Shown: positions 37,408-48,364, counted from the stretch's first letter. The stretch is 64,000 bases of DNA from an uncultured Chlamydiales bacterium (GCA_963699155.1 OY969414.1:1323757-1387756); one strand, 5' to 3'. Numbers and translations: made by a program. Notes: generated by a model not told the origin, from the sequence alone.

Positions 37408-39519
37408 GAATTTTAAAAGTCCCGTATGCCGTTTTTTAACATCGTCATTGGAGACGGCAATCGCGATCGCTTTTCCTGTTCCGACAAGCACAACCAATCT
37501 TTTTCCGCGCGTCACTGCTGTGTAGAGCAAGTTACGGTGGAGCATCATGTAGTGCGTCGTGTGGACCGGGATGACCACACAGCGACATTCGCTCCCCTGA
37601 TATTTATGGACGGAGGTGGCATAGGCCAGAACGAGCGCATCGAGCTCAAAGAAGGGATATTCGACCGGCCTTCCATCAAAGGTGACTGTCAGAATTTGCT
37701 CTTCACGGTCGATCTTGCTGACCCGTCCGATATCGCCATTGTAGACCTCTTTATTGTAGTCATTGCGCGTCTGCATCACTTTATCGGAGAGGCCAAAGCG
37801 CTGCGCTCCGTGGATGACCACATCCTCTTGGGGATTGAGCACCTTCTGAAGCACTATGTTGAGATTTTCAATCCCAATGGCGCCCCGTTTCATGGGAGCG
37901 AGAACCTGAATATCTTCGATCGGATCGAGGCGATAGCTTTTTGGCAGACGCTCGGAAACGAGGGAGACAATCTGCGTCAGCGCCTCCTCGGGCTCTTCCG
38001 CTTTTAAAAAGAAGAAATCGCCCCGAGGCTCTACGGTGAGGTCAGGGAATTCGCCGCGATTAATTTTATGGGCGTTGGTAATGATCTTTGAGCCTGCTGC
38101 TTGGCGAAAGATCTCTGTCAGTTCGGTGACGGGGAGGATTTCACTTCCGATCAGATCCCTCAACACAGTCCCAGGCCCGACGCTGGGCAGCTGGTTGATA
38201 TCCCCCACCAGCAAGACCCGCGCATGGCTTGGAATCGCTTTGAGGAGATGGTACATCAAGCTGGTATCGATCATGCTCGCTTCATCGATCACGATGAGGT
38301 CGCACTGGATCGGGTTTTCCTTATTGTGCCTGAACCCTTTTTCGGTGAAATCATATTTGAGAAGGCTATGGATCGTGAGAGCTTCCCTATGCGTGATCTC
38401 ACTCATCCGTTTGGCTGCCCGGCCTGTAGGGGCTGCCAGAACAATCTGGCGGCTCAACTTCTCAGTGATGGCCAGAATCGCTTTAGTGATCGTGCTCTTC
38501 CCTGTCCCAGGCCCGCCCGTGATGATGTGTAATTTATCGCTCAACGCATGCTTCACAGCCTCTTTCTGCTGCTCAGCCAACTGGATATGAAGCTTCTCTT
38601 CCGACCAGGCGACAGCTCTTTCACAGTTGACCTCTCTTAAACGACAGCGGGCTCCCTTCAGCCGCTTCAGCTCCCTCACAATGCCCTGTTCGCATAGCCA
38701 GAGCCCCTTAATCCAGAGAAATCCCTCCTCCTTCACAATGCGCTGCTCAGTTGCCAAAGCATCGATGCGTCCTGTGACATCGACTCCCAACATCTCCTGA
38801 GCCTTTTTGCAAAATTCTTCCAGTGGATAACAGGTATGACCCTCTTCAGAGAGCTCTAGAAGCGCATGTTCGATCCCTGCATCGATCCGCTGCGTCGAAT
38901 CCTTCGGAATCCCTAGCTTCTCTGCAATCGTATCAGCGCTCTTAAAGCCGATCCCTCGAATCTCTCGAGCCAGCACATAGGGATTCTGCTGAATCGTTTC
39001 GACTGTCTCATTTCCATAAGCTTTATAGATCTTCTGCGCATAGGCAGGGCTCACCCCATACTTCTGCAGAAAGATCATCACCCCTCGGATCGCCTTCTGC
39101 TCCTGCCAGCACTTTTTGATCCTCTCTACCCGCTTTCCCCCGATCCCCTCCACATCCAAGAGCTGCTCCGGCGTCCCATCGATCACTTCGAGCGTCTTCT
39201 CCCCAAACATCTTGACGATCCGCTCGGCGTAGACAGGGCCGATCCCCTTGACCATCCCCGATTCCAGATACTTCTGGATCCCCACCACATCCTGCGGCTT
39301 CTCAACCGTGCACTCCTTCACCTCAAACTGCATCCCATGGGCCGGGCTCATCTTCCACCCCCCCAGCAGCCTCACACTCTCCCCCGGCTGCACCGCCGGC
39401 ATCACCCCCACCACCGTCACCAGATCATGCTTTTTCGGCATCTTCAGCCGTGCCACCGTAAACCCATTCTCCTGGTTATAGAAGGTGATCCGCTCGATGT
39501 AGCCAAAAATCTGCTCCAT
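37333..39519 (-). CDS. recD2: RecD2-type helicase
   Basis: HhH N-terminus; GGPGTGKS, APTGRAAKR, DEASM and HKYQGSE motifs; convergent overlap with metG. Confidence 0.95.
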   Translation of the reverse strand: MEQIFGYIERITFYNQENGFTVARLKMPKKHDLVTVVGVMPAVQPGESVRLLGGWKMSPAHGMQFEVKECTVEKPQDVVGIQKYLESGMVKGIGPVYAERIVKMFGEKTLEVIDGTPEQLLDVEGIGGKRVERIKKCWQEQKAIRGVMIFLQKYGVSPAYAQKIYKAYGNETVETIQQNPYVLAREIRGIGFKSADTIAEKLGIPKDSTQRIDAGIEHALLELSEEGHTCYPLEEFCKKAQEMLGVDVTGRIDALATEQRIVKEEGFLWIKGLWLCEQGIVRELKRLKGARCRLREVNCERAVAWSEEKLHIQLAEQQKEAVKHALSDKLHIITGGPGTGKSTITKAILAITEKLSRQIVLAAPTGRAAKRMSEITHREALTIHSLLKYDFTEKGFRHNKENPIQCDLIVIDEASMIDTSLMYHLLKAIPSHARVLLVGDINQLPSVGPGTVLRDLIGSEILPVTELTEIFRQAAGSKIITNAHKINRGEFPDLTVEPRGDFFFLKAEEPEEALTQIVSLVSERLPKSYRLDPIEDIQVLAPMKRGAIGIENLNIVLQKVLNPQEDVVIHGAQRFGLSDKVMQTRNDYNKEVYNGDIGRVSKIDREEQILTVTFDGRPVEYPFFELDALVLAYATSVHKYQGSECRCVVIPVHTTHYMMLHRNLLYTAVTRGKRLVVLVGTGKAIAIAVSNDDVKKRHTGLLKFLRNDRSGRQILESHQLEAAVDAPG

Positions 39520-39604
39520 AGTGACCACTATATCTTCTTCACTGGTTAACCCAAAATATAAAAATGCTACCCTTAATAGCATTTTTCAATGTAAAATGCC
39601 ATTT

Positions 39605-40768
39605 ATGGTAGCAGATTTCAAATACCTTCCTCGGAAAATGAATCCTCCAAGAGGAAGCTACTTTCTTTTAGGTCCTCGGGGAACAGGAAAATCGACTTGG
39701 CTCCTCCATCAATACCCCCAGGCAACCCGGATCGATCTTCTTTTAGGAGAAGAAGAGAGACGTTTTAGCGCCTACCCTGAAAGAATTCGCGATATTGCGG
39801 CCAGTTTGTCAGAAGGTGAGACTCTCATTTTAGACGAGATCCAAAGGGTCCCTCAGCTTCTTCCCGAGATCCATGCTTTGATCGAGGAGAAAAGAGGCAT
39901 CCAATTCATTATGACGGGGAGCAGCAGTCGTAAGCTGCGCAGATCGGTCAGTGACCTTTTAGGAGGGCGAGCCCTTCTCAGACAAATGGGCCCCTTTATG
40001 GCTTCTGAGCTTAAAGATCAATTTTCTTTAGAAAGAGCCCTTCAGACAGGGCTAGTTCCCTTAATATGGGAATCTTCCGAAGCTGCTGCTCGTCTCCGAG
40101 ATTATTTGCATCTCTACTTGAAGGAAGAGGTTCAAGCAGAAGGGTTGGTGCGTCAATTTGGCGACTTTTCCCGATTTCTAGAAGTGGCTAGTTTTTCACA
40201 CGCTTCTCTCTGGACCTCAACAGATATCAGCAGAGAATCTAGCGTCAAGCGGTCCACGGTCGATAATTACCTGGGGATTCTCGAGGACCTTTTGTTAGCC
40301 TTCACCCTTCCCGTTTTTACGCGTAGAGCCAAGCGTAGATTAGTGGCCCATTCGAAATTCTATTTCTTTGATACCGGTGTCTACCGGATGTTACGTCCAC
40401 AAGGAATCTTGGATAGTTCTCAAGAGATCGAGGGTTTAGCTCTTGAGGGATTGGTCGCTCAACACTTACGCGCTTGGGTTTCAGCGCAAGTTGAACCTCA
40501 TTCGCTCTCGTTTTGGAGAACTCAAACGAAGTTGGAGGTTGACTTTGTCATCTATGGACCTCGAGGTTTTTGGGCCATTGAGGTCAAGCGGAGCCCAAAT
40601 CTTGGCCCCGACGATCTCCGCTCCATGGCTGCTTTTAAGGAAGAGTATCCAGAAGCCAGCTGCTTTTTCGTAACCCCTGTCAAACGTAAAGAAATCTATA
40701 GGGGAGTTCCCGTTATCCCCATCGATCAATTTCTTCTCAGCGTTGACCCAGAAAACTCACTTTTCTGA
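39605..40768 (+). CDS. AAA_14 ATPase with DUF4143 domain
   Basis: GPRGTGKS, LDEIQ, TGSS, KFYFFDTG and EVDF...AIEVK motifs; start approximate. Confidence 0.9.
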   Translation: MVADFKYLPRKMNPPRGSYFLLGPRGTGKSTWLLHQYPQATRIDLLLGEEERRFSAYPERIRDIAASLSEGETLILDEIQRVPQLLPEIHALIEEKRGIQFIMTGSSSRKLRRSVSDLLGGRALLRQMGPFMASELKDQFSLERALQTGLVPLIWESSEAAARLRDYLHLYLKEEVQAEGLVRQFGDFSRFLEVASFSHASLWTSTDISRESSVKRSTVDNYLGILEDLLLAFTLPVFTRRAKRRLVAHSKFYFFDTGVYRMLRPQGILDSSQEIEGLALEGLVAQHLRAWVSAQVEPHSLSFWRTQTKLEVDFVIYGPRGFWAIEVKRSPNLGPDDLRSMAAFKEEYPEASCFFVTPVKRKEIYRGVPVIPIDQFLLSVDPENSLF

Positions 40769-40819
40769 TAAGTTTGAGCCTACTCTATAAATCTTGGCTC
40801 TTTGGGCAGTTTCAACGAT

Positions 40820-42080
40820 TAACTTCCCATCAGGTAGCTTGCTGAAATGGTCCCGAGTTGCCTCGATAGTGACAAGGCCGTTTGGAGAGCGATCGTTGCG
40901 TCTCAGTATGGCAGCTCCGTTGTTAATTCATTTTCCCCACTTGTCGATAGAGGCCTTCTGACCTGGAAGGAGGTGATGCGATTCGCAGAGATACCCCACT
41001 TTCTTCAGCGGATTGAGGCCCAGCTTCGAAACCACGATGTCAGTTTTATTCAAGAAAATAACCCTGAAATGGCAGCTCTGAGAGGGGGCTGCATTCGCTG
41101 AGTTTCCCCGTATATGGATGCCGCAGTTTAAAGTGGCTCGCAACGGCGTCACCTTCTCGATTCGCAATTGTTCTCATGTGCTGATGCAAGAAGGTGGCGT
41201 TCAACGATTGCTTCAAGGAGAGGAGGGTTCTTTTTTAACTCATCTATCCTACGATGGTCGGAATCTTTATGGTTTTCGCGACGATGGTTTTGTTGTGCAA
41301 TGGGATCCCGCAACTGGACTCTCTAGCAAATTGGAAACGTCTGTTACTCAAAATCACCCATTAATCACAAAATGGAGACAAAGCTTTAGAGCAGGTGCTC
41401 ATGGACCAGAACGGTTTTGCCAGCGATTAGAGGCTCAAGATGGCTTCCTTGTGATCAGTTACGGTTTATATCATTCATGTCCCATCTTCGAAGTGAGGGA
41501 TTTAGCAAAGAACACCTCTCAGATTTTTGAGGATAGCGATATAAAAATTCCGGAGAAATTGCTGATTCAAGATAAAAAACTCTATATGTTACAACGCGAT
41601 ACCATTCTTGTTTGGGATTTAGCCTCATCAACAAAGGAACGTCTGATTCCAATTGATATAGATCCTTCTGAATTGCTTTGGGATTTTGCAGTCAGCAAAG
41701 AGAGAATCTGTGCATACACTTTTGGAGGGAAGCTCTATGTCATGAATCGTGCGGATGGCAGCCAAACAAGCCAGTTCAATATGGGAGGTCCTTTTGCAAC
41801 AGGTACAATCATACTGGACCATTTATTGATCGTGTGCTCCCTCGCCACAATTACAAGTACACTCACCACAATTACAAGAGTAGAGCAAGGTATCTCCCTC
41901 TTTGATTTAAGAACCGGAAATCAGTTGACCCATCTTTCCCCAATTTATGACAAAAATGGCTATGTTCTGCCAACAACACTTGAAAACCTCCTCCTGCAAT
42001 GCAAGAAAGCTTTAAGTGAAGAAAATGGATTAGCGATTCTAGACCCCTTAAAAAGCTTTTTTCAAAGATTACTATCCTAG
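40820..42080 (+). pseudogene. Probably frameshifted F-box / beta-propeller gene (ORFs 40847-41101 and 41118-42080)
   Basis: SLLKWSRV and SDKAVWRAIV lie in adjacent frames; a frame switch is possible near the G5 run at 41084; VQWD, LVWD and LFDL propeller-like blade ends. Confidence 0.45.
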
Positions 42081-42389
42081 AAAGACATAGATCAGGGTTC
42101 CGCCAACTCCTCCGATGGCTCCGCCGGCCATAGCACTCAAAATGATCATAGGGGTTTCCTCCGCCTTCTGAATAGCGTAGGGAGCCACTCCGAAGCGGTC
42201 TAAAAAAGGAGTCACTTTAGCATTTTCATAAAGCAGTGCTTTCATAGCTGCTGCTCCTAGCACAATACCGATGAGAGCTCCACGCCCAATCGATGAGATG
42301 GGATGATCCTGAATGGCGGTATAGGTTAGTGTAGCCAGGGTAAGCCCTGCCGTTATCCCTGCTCCCCAAGTGATTGCTTGACTGGACAT
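42072..42389 (-). CDS. Small Gly-rich membrane protein
   Basis: Three hydrophobic segments; AGGAG RBS upstream. Confidence 0.55.
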   Translation of the reverse strand: MSSQAITWGAGITAGLTLATLTYTAIQDHPISSIGRGALIGIVLGAAAMKALLYENAKVTPFLDRFGVAPYAIQKAEETPMIILSAMAGGAIGGVGGTLIYVFLG

Positions 42390-42461
42390 CTCATTTCTCC
42401 TTCGTGGGTGGGGATGCAGTTAAAAGGTTAGAATTATAGTTACAGAAGGCAATTTCTGCAG

Positions 42462-45400
42462 CTATTTTTGGATGAGCTGGTTTGGGTCGATTTGGAGGCG
42501 GAGCTGTGGTTTGTCAAACCACTCGGCAGTGATGGTGCCGGCTTCGATTTTTTGAAGGGGTTTGGTGACTTTGAAGAGTTTTGGGGGATCGTCGTGAAAA
42601 AATTTGACGATCCAGAGGGAGTAGTTCTCTTTGGCTTGGTTCATGCGGGCGGCTTCATCTTCGGAGAGGGAGACGGTGGAGAGGAATTGGCTATCGGGTT
42701 CTTTAGATTTAGCATCGAGATATTTGGTTTTTACGAGGGTGTCGCCTTTGAAGTAATCGATTTGGAAGTCGTAATTGGCAAAAGATTCGGTAGGGAAATT
42801 GACCCAGCGGACTACTTTGCGGTCCCAGGGGGATGTATCGGGATAGCGCTTGGTCGCTGTTCCCTCTCCACTTTCTTGGTATTTCCGAACATAATAATTA
42901 AAAACTGCCTCCTCAGCTAAGCGAGAATAGTTAACTACAGATATTGGACGGGGTTTGTGATCGAAGCTTTCTGCTGCAAATTTTTTGTGGGGGCTGGCAC
43001 TACTCAAGGAGAAGGAGCCCTGGCGCTTTAGGGAAGAGGAGGTGGCTCTGATAGGTGAGGGTGGATTGGTGGGTTTGATTGGGGAGATGTTTGGGGTGGA
43101 TGGTAAGGGAGCAGGTGCAGGAGCCGCCATAGGGATTTTGAGCTGCTCTTCGACCTGTTGTGCCAGCACTTGCGCTGAGGAGTAGGTCTCTGTTTCGCCT
43201 TTGTAGCTGAAGTCGTCGGCGATCTGCTGATCTGCGGAGCTGAGGAGATGGGCCAGCTCGGCAGTGTGGCAGGGAAGTTGGAGAAGTTGGCAGAGAAGAT
43301 GGGCTGTCTGTCCGATGGTGCGCGAATTCTGAAAATTCTCTCGTCCATAAAGAACATCTCCCAACTGCCAAGCAAAGACAGCTTCTCTGAAAAGATGGCC
43401 TCTGAGTTCAGTGCGCAAGTTGATTTCAGAAGCTGTGACGAAGTGAAGTTGTTCTACCTTCCGTGCGCAAGCAACAAGCGCATCTAAGGGGGCCTGTGAG
43501 GCTGTGAAGGCAAAGGGCAGACGGCGGATCACCAACTCTTTAAAAGCAGGTTCTGGTCTCGCTTCGACCTCTTCGAGCATCAAGGAGGAGGGGAGTAGGG
43601 GCTCGATTCTAAAGATGCGGCAGAGGGCAAGGTGCTCATCGACACTAAATCCAGGGAGCCTTTTCAGCAAACAGGAGGCTTTGCCTTTGAAGGTGAGGCC
43701 TTCGATGCCGTTGCCAAAGAGCTCTTTGGGTTTTTTGAAGCTGCCCTCTTCGGTGAGGAGTTGGAGATCTTCAGGAGGCTCTACAGTGGCATCTGAGCTA
43801 AGTATGTGGTGGTAGATGGCAGCCACCCTATTCTCGTTATCGCCATTGATTGGCTGATCTTGGAGGGATCGGAGCAAGCGGAAACAATCTTCCAAAGAGA
43901 TCTGCATTCTGAAAGGAAAATAACTGAGCTGCTCTTCATTGAGAGGGAGATCTTCACTGACAGCGGGAAAAAGGGGAGAGACAAGCCATCTCAGACTTGG
44001 TGCATAGATATTGGGTGCACTCCATCTACTGCCTGATTCATCGGAAAAACCCTCTTGAGAATAAAAGTGGAGCATGGAGGGAATGCCCTGGTCGCGGAAA
44101 GAGCAGATCGTTTTGTACAATGAGCTGCTCTCACAGCGCTGTTTGATCGCTTCCCAGTGCTCCTTGACGATTTGCCAAAAAAGAGCACTTCCTTTGATCA
44201 GAAAGAAGTACTCGATCCAGATCACAGGGGAGAGCGTGTGTTGTGAGCGGTAACCATTTGTAGGGGCACATCCAACTGTCGAGAAAGGCACGGTATGCTG
44301 TCCTTTTGTTCCCAAGCAGGAGTTGGAGGGGGGATAATCTGTTTTTTGCCAGAGATATTCGATGTAATTGAAGTAAGGGTTACTCGCAGCGTGGGCTTGC
44401 CAACCTGTCTCTTGCAGCTCTTTTCTCAATTTGTCTTCAAAGTCGGTGACGCGCATGGAGTCGAAGAAGTGGATTTCTAGTTTTTCTCGGACGCCCAGAG
44501 CGAGGAAGAATTTTTTCCAACTGCTGAAAGTGGTTGGATCCTCCATATATTCTTCAGATAGAAAAGAGAGATGGTTTCGAGCTTGCACTGAGGCGGAAAA
44601 AAGATCCATCTGCGGCTGATAGGCTGTGGGCAAGAAGCATTCAGAGGGCCGCTTAAATTCTCCTCGATTTGTTTTGAAGAGAGGTTGATTATGCAGGATC
44701 TCCACGCATGCCTGAAAGGCTGTTTCCTGCCCCTCCACCAAGAAAAGCTGGTGGTAGAGCAGGCGCATAAGGAGGATTTTCTGTTTATCTGTTTCTAGGC
44801 TTTTGATGATACGGAGGATATTGTCATCCGTCACACGCTCATTCACCTCTAAAGCAAGAAAAAAGCTGCGTAAAAGGGGACGTTCTCCCTCAGGACATTC
44901 TTTATAGAGATTTTCAGAGAGAAAGAAGGGATAGCGAGGAGTTACCTCTCCTTGCAGAGCATGGAGAGGCTGGAGAGCGTCAGGGAGATAACATTCATGG
45001 GGAGCAGCAAACTGTCTCTCCTCTTTTTTCAGTTGGACGGGCAAGCGGAGCGATTTAAACTCTGGAGGAATCTGAGAAGCCGGAAAGTTGCGGTAAAGTA
45101 CCCGTAATACACGGAAGACCAACTCCTCTGACTTCGCCCTATTTACCTCTTCGACATAGATTGCTAAGGTCGCGCTTCTGACAAATAGGTCGGTTGTTAA
45201 CCATTTGCGCTCTTCTTCAGTGAGTTCTGCGCGCACTTGAGGATGGATGAGAGCAATTCTGACAAAGTCTAGCCCTTCTAAGTGGCTTTCATGAGGGAAA
45301 AAGATCGCTGTTGGCGTAAAAAGAAGCTCTTTTGATTCACTGGAAAAATGGGAGAGAAGAAAGGGAACTTCTTTGATCTCCTTTTGGAACTGCTTCCTCT

Positions 45401-47171
45401 CATAAAGAGCTTTAAAGTAGCGGATCAGAGCTAAACCCTGTTGCGGGTTTGCTGCGACCCATTTCACAAAGTCTCTATTCTTAATACGGGCCACAATTTT
45501 ATCCCAGGAGTAGCGAGAAACGCCGAATCGTTCTAATAATGCAAAAACTGCATTGGGACAGCTTCTGAGCACCGATTTTTTTTCAGTAACGCTTCCAAAC
45601 CGACTCACAAAGCTCCATTCATCGATCACCGCCTCGTGAGGCTTAAGAACTCCTTTGAGCTGAGCAGGGAGAAAAGCCAGGCTTGCCATAGCCCTTTCGG
45701 CTCCCTTTACGAAATGGGATCTATATTTTTCGACATTGGTATCAAAAGTGAGCTGCTGAGGGTGAGCCAGAATTGTGAAAAAATGGTCGGGATAGCGCTT
45801 GGCAATGTAGGCATAGAAATGAAATAAGGTTTCCCCAATGCATTCAAAGAGATATTCATTGAAGGGATTATCTTGCTGCAGCGATTTGCGGCTGATATCT
45901 AGAAAAAAATGGCCATTGAGAGGTACAGGGAGCCCTAAAGAGACCTCTGTCGGCAGGTAACAATAGATGCGCTCTCTTTTTGCAACCCCATTGTGATCGA
46001 GTGGGTGAATAAAAGCGATCGGGGTCGTTTTCATCTCCTTGTAGCGGGCAGGAATGCGACTCTCCTGTTTTAAACTTGCTTGAATTTCGGCAGTCAAAGT
46101 GAGAGTTCGCTTATAGCGCAGCCAGCGCCCTATCACCTCTCCATTTTTGGAAAGAGCGTAGCTTTCCGTCTCCACTTCGGGATCGCTCTCTTCTGATGGG
46201 GGATCGTCGGAGGAAGCCCCCACATAGATAGGTGCTTTTTCATAGCAGACCTTTGAGGGAGTCTGTGAAACCACTTCGAAAGTAAGTCTCTTCAACCGAT
46301 GGAGGAAGAAGAAGACCTCTGGCGCTTTCTGGCTGTAGAAGTCATTCAAATGGAGAGCGATTCGGTTCCCGGGTCGGTTGAGGGGGATCACAAAGTTCAC
46401 CCTTTCAGGATCTAAGCGATATTTCTCGATCAATGGCCCTGGAGGTGTATAAAGAGGGCAAAGTTCCCAGGGAAAGTCAGCTTTCCCATTCCACTCCTCT
46501 GCATGTTTGTCAAAACGGAAGGAGTATCGGGAGAGAATCATCACAGCATCAGAGTGATTAAAGACACTTTTGAAGCCAACCCCTTTGTAGCCTATACAGA
46601 GGGCATCAGCCCTTTTGGCGCTATCTTTGCGTTGGCTGGTGCTGATCGTTTTGATATCTTCTTCGTCAAAATGCCTACCTGAATGGGAAATCACGAGGGC
46701 ATCTTCATGCAAGACAAAAGAGACATCGACCTCCCTTTGATCACCTGAAGCCGCATCGCACGCGTTCTGAATGAATTCATAAATAAACTGGGGACCATTC
46801 TGGGCTTGGACAATTTCATCCAGAGAAGAGCTCGACGTCTCGAGCTCCTTCATTTTCTTTGCAGATAGCTCTTCGATAAACTGCCGCTGGGGATCAGATA
46901 AAGCGAGTTGAAACTCACCCATCCTCTCCTCGCTACAGTTACAGATAGCATGAGGGATAAATTGAGAAATTTGGCTGTAAGACCAGTCGTCAGGGATTCC
47001 CTGAATTTTTTCTCGAGCGACAGTATAGTGATTTTCACCCCGTTTCAGTGAGGCATAGAGCCGCCCACTCTCCGCATCAAAGTGAAAGAGCACCGAGAAA
47101 CCCGTTTGGCTGCCAGCAAAACGTATCTCTTTGGGCTGAAACCCTACTTGAGAAAGGGGAGAGAGAGCCAT
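42462..47171 (-). CDS. Sacsin/NO VEIN-like GHKL ATPase with C-terminal DUF3883-like nuclease domain
   Basis: EFIQNACDA, HSG..F, IGYKGVGFKSVF and CYLPT...NGHF motifs; C-terminal AEEAVF...WVN...YDF...DAK...LSEDE. Confidence 0.85.
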   Translation of the reverse strand: MALSPLSQVGFQPKEIRFAGSQTGFSVLFHFDAESGRLYASLKRGENHYTVAREKIQGIPDDWSYSQISQFIPHAICNCSEERMGEFQLALSDPQRQFIEELSAKKMKELETSSSSLDEIVQAQNGPQFIYEFIQNACDAASGDQREVDVSFVLHEDALVISHSGRHFDEEDIKTISTSQRKDSAKRADALCIGYKGVGFKSVFNHSDAVMILSRYSFRFDKHAEEWNGKADFPWELCPLYTPPGPLIEKYRLDPERVNFVIPLNRPGNRIALHLNDFYSQKAPEVFFFLHRLKRLTFEVVSQTPSKVCYEKAPIYVGASSDDPPSEESDPEVETESYALSKNGEVIGRWLRYKRTLTLTAEIQASLKQESRIPARYKEMKTTPIAFIHPLDHNGVAKRERIYCYLPTEVSLGLPVPLNGHFFLDISRKSLQQDNPFNEYLFECIGETLFHFYAYIAKRYPDHFFTILAHPQQLTFDTNVEKYRSHFVKGAERAMASLAFLPAQLKGVLKPHEAVIDEWSFVSRFGSVTEKKSVLRSCPNAVFALLERFGVSRYSWDKIVARIKNRDFVKWVAANPQQGLALIRYFKALYERKQFQKEIKEVPFLLSHFSSESKELLFTPTAIFFPHESHLEGLDFVRIALIHPQVRAELTEEERKWLTTDLFVRSATLAIYVEEVNRAKSEELVFRVLRVLYRNFPASQIPPEFKSLRLPVQLKKEERQFAAPHECYLPDALQPLHALQGEVTPRYPFFLSENLYKECPEGERPLLRSFFLALEVNERVTDDNILRIIKSLETDKQKILLMRLLYHQLFLVEGQETAFQACVEILHNQPLFKTNRGEFKRPSECFLPTAYQPQMDLFSASVQARNHLSFLSEEYMEDPTTFSSWKKFFLALGVREKLEIHFFDSMRVTDFEDKLRKELQETGWQAHAASNPYFNYIEYLWQKTDYPPSNSCLGTKGQHTVPFSTVGCAPTNGYRSQHTLSPVIWIEYFFLIKGSALFWQIVKEHWEAIKQRCESSSLYKTICSFRDQGIPSMLHFYSQEGFSDESGSRWSAPNIYAPSLRWLVSPLFPAVSEDLPLNEEQLSYFPFRMQISLEDCFRLLRSLQDQPINGDNENRVAAIYHHILSSDATVEPPEDLQLLTEEGSFKKPKELFGNGIEGLTFKGKASCLLKRLPGFSVDEHLALCRIFRIEPLLPSSLMLEEVEARPEPAFKELVIRRLPFAFTASQAPLDALVACARKVEQLHFVTASEINLRTELRGHLFREAVFAWQLGDVLYGRENFQNSRTIGQTAHLLCQLLQLPCHTAELAHLLSSADQQIADDFSYKGETETYSSAQVLAQQVEEQLKIPMAAPAPAPLPSTPNISPIKPTNPPSPIRATSSSLKRQGSFSLSSASPHKKFAAESFDHKPRPISVVNYSRLAEEAVFNYYVRKYQESGEGTATKRYPDTSPWDRKVVRWVNFPTESFANYDFQIDYFKGDTLVKTKYLDAKSKEPDSQFLSTVSLSEDEAARMNQAKENYSLWIVKFFHDDPPKLFKVTKPLQKIEAGTITAEWFDKPQLRLQIDPNQLIQK

Positions 47172-47313
47172 AAGCTTAAAAAATTATCACTGTCGAAAAA
47201 TTAGTTCAAGCTCATCTCCATTTGATAGCATCAAAGCTCTCAAAATGAGAAAAATGAATGCATTAAAGCTTTCAAATTTGCATTTTTTATGGCTTTTTTG
47301 CTATCATAAATTT

Positions 47314-47781
47314 ATGAAACAATTACCCATCGAGGATAGTATCATTCAAAGTCTCCTTGAAAAGGGAGTCGCCCTCAGTAAAGAGCAGGAGGCCCTCTCT
47401 TCTGGATCGGTTATTCAGCTGATGAGAAGGTATTTAGGGATGACACAAAGGCAGTTGGCCAAGCGAGCTCAAATTCCTCAATCTACCGTAGCAAGGATTG
47501 AAAAAGGAGTTACTCAACCAAATGTGACATCCTTGCGAAAGATTTTTGCTGCTATGGAGTGTGATATCGCCATTTTACCTCTCCCTCGATTTAAAAATGT
47601 GCATGAATTACTAAAAAAACGGGCAGAAAGGATCGCAAAAAAACGAATCAAGTATCTTGAGGGGACTATGGCTCTTGAAGAACAAAAACCTGAAAAAAAA
47701 TGGAGAGAACAATTGTTAAAAAGCGAAATCGAACAATTGCTCAAAACTCCATCAATTTTGTGGGAAGATGAAGGCAACTGA
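47314..47781 (+). CDS. XRE-HTH mobile mystery protein A
   Basis: LGMTQRQLAKRA...QSTVARIEKG HTH; TMALEEQ; terminal LW; overlaps its Fic partner. Confidence 0.85.
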   Translation: MKQLPIEDSIIQSLLEKGVALSKEQEALSSGSVIQLMRRYLGMTQRQLAKRAQIPQSTVARIEKGVTQPNVTSLRKIFAAMECDIAILPLPRFKNVHELLKKRAERIAKKRIKYLEGTMALEEQKPEKKWREQLLKSEIEQLLKTPSILWEDEGN

Positions 47782-48364
47782 TTTATCAAGCCCCGTAGAA
47801 GGCGCGACTCCTCTAGATGACATCTCTGGTTTAAAGCTTTCTTGGGTTAACACCCAACGGCAATTAGACGGAGTTGAGGCAGAGAATATTCGTTTAGCTC
47901 AGAATCTTTATCTAGGAAAAAAGAGATCTCCCATGCCTCAATGGTTTACCAAAAAACACATTGATTTGATTCATAAAGCGATGTTTGGAAAAGTCTGGAG
48001 TTGGGCCGGCAAGTACCGCAAAACAGAAAAAAGTGTGGGTGTCCAGGCTTATAAAATTCCCTTCGAAATGGCCATGCTAGAGAATGATATCCGATTCTGG
48101 TGTGAAGGGTCTTTTACTCCCATAGAGATCTCAGCAAGGGTGCACCATCGATTAGTTTGGATTCATCCCTATGAAAATGGAAACGGACGCCACGCTAGGT
48201 TCATAGGTGATATGGTTCTCAAATCTTTGGACGAAAGAATAGTTCTTTGGCCTTCGCTAAATGATCATGGTCAGGAACGCCAACTCTACATTCAGGCTTT
48301 GAAAGAGGCAGATCATGGCGATTTTGCACCTCTCATTTTGCTCCTTAGTAACCACCAGCGCTAA
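47768..48364 (+). CDS. Fic-domain mobile mystery protein B
   Basis: GATPLD, E.ENI, MFGKVWSWAGKYR, HPYENGNGRHAR and ALKEAD.GD motifs. Confidence 0.88.
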   Translation: MKATDLSSPVEGATPLDDISGLKLSWVNTQRQLDGVEAENIRLAQNLYLGKKRSPMPQWFTKKHIDLIHKAMFGKVWSWAGKYRKTEKSVGVQAYKIPFEMAMLENDIRFWCEGSFTPIEISARVHHRLVWIHPYENGNGRHARFIGDMVLKSLDERIVLWPSLNDHGQERQLYIQALKEADHGDFAPLILLLSNHQR

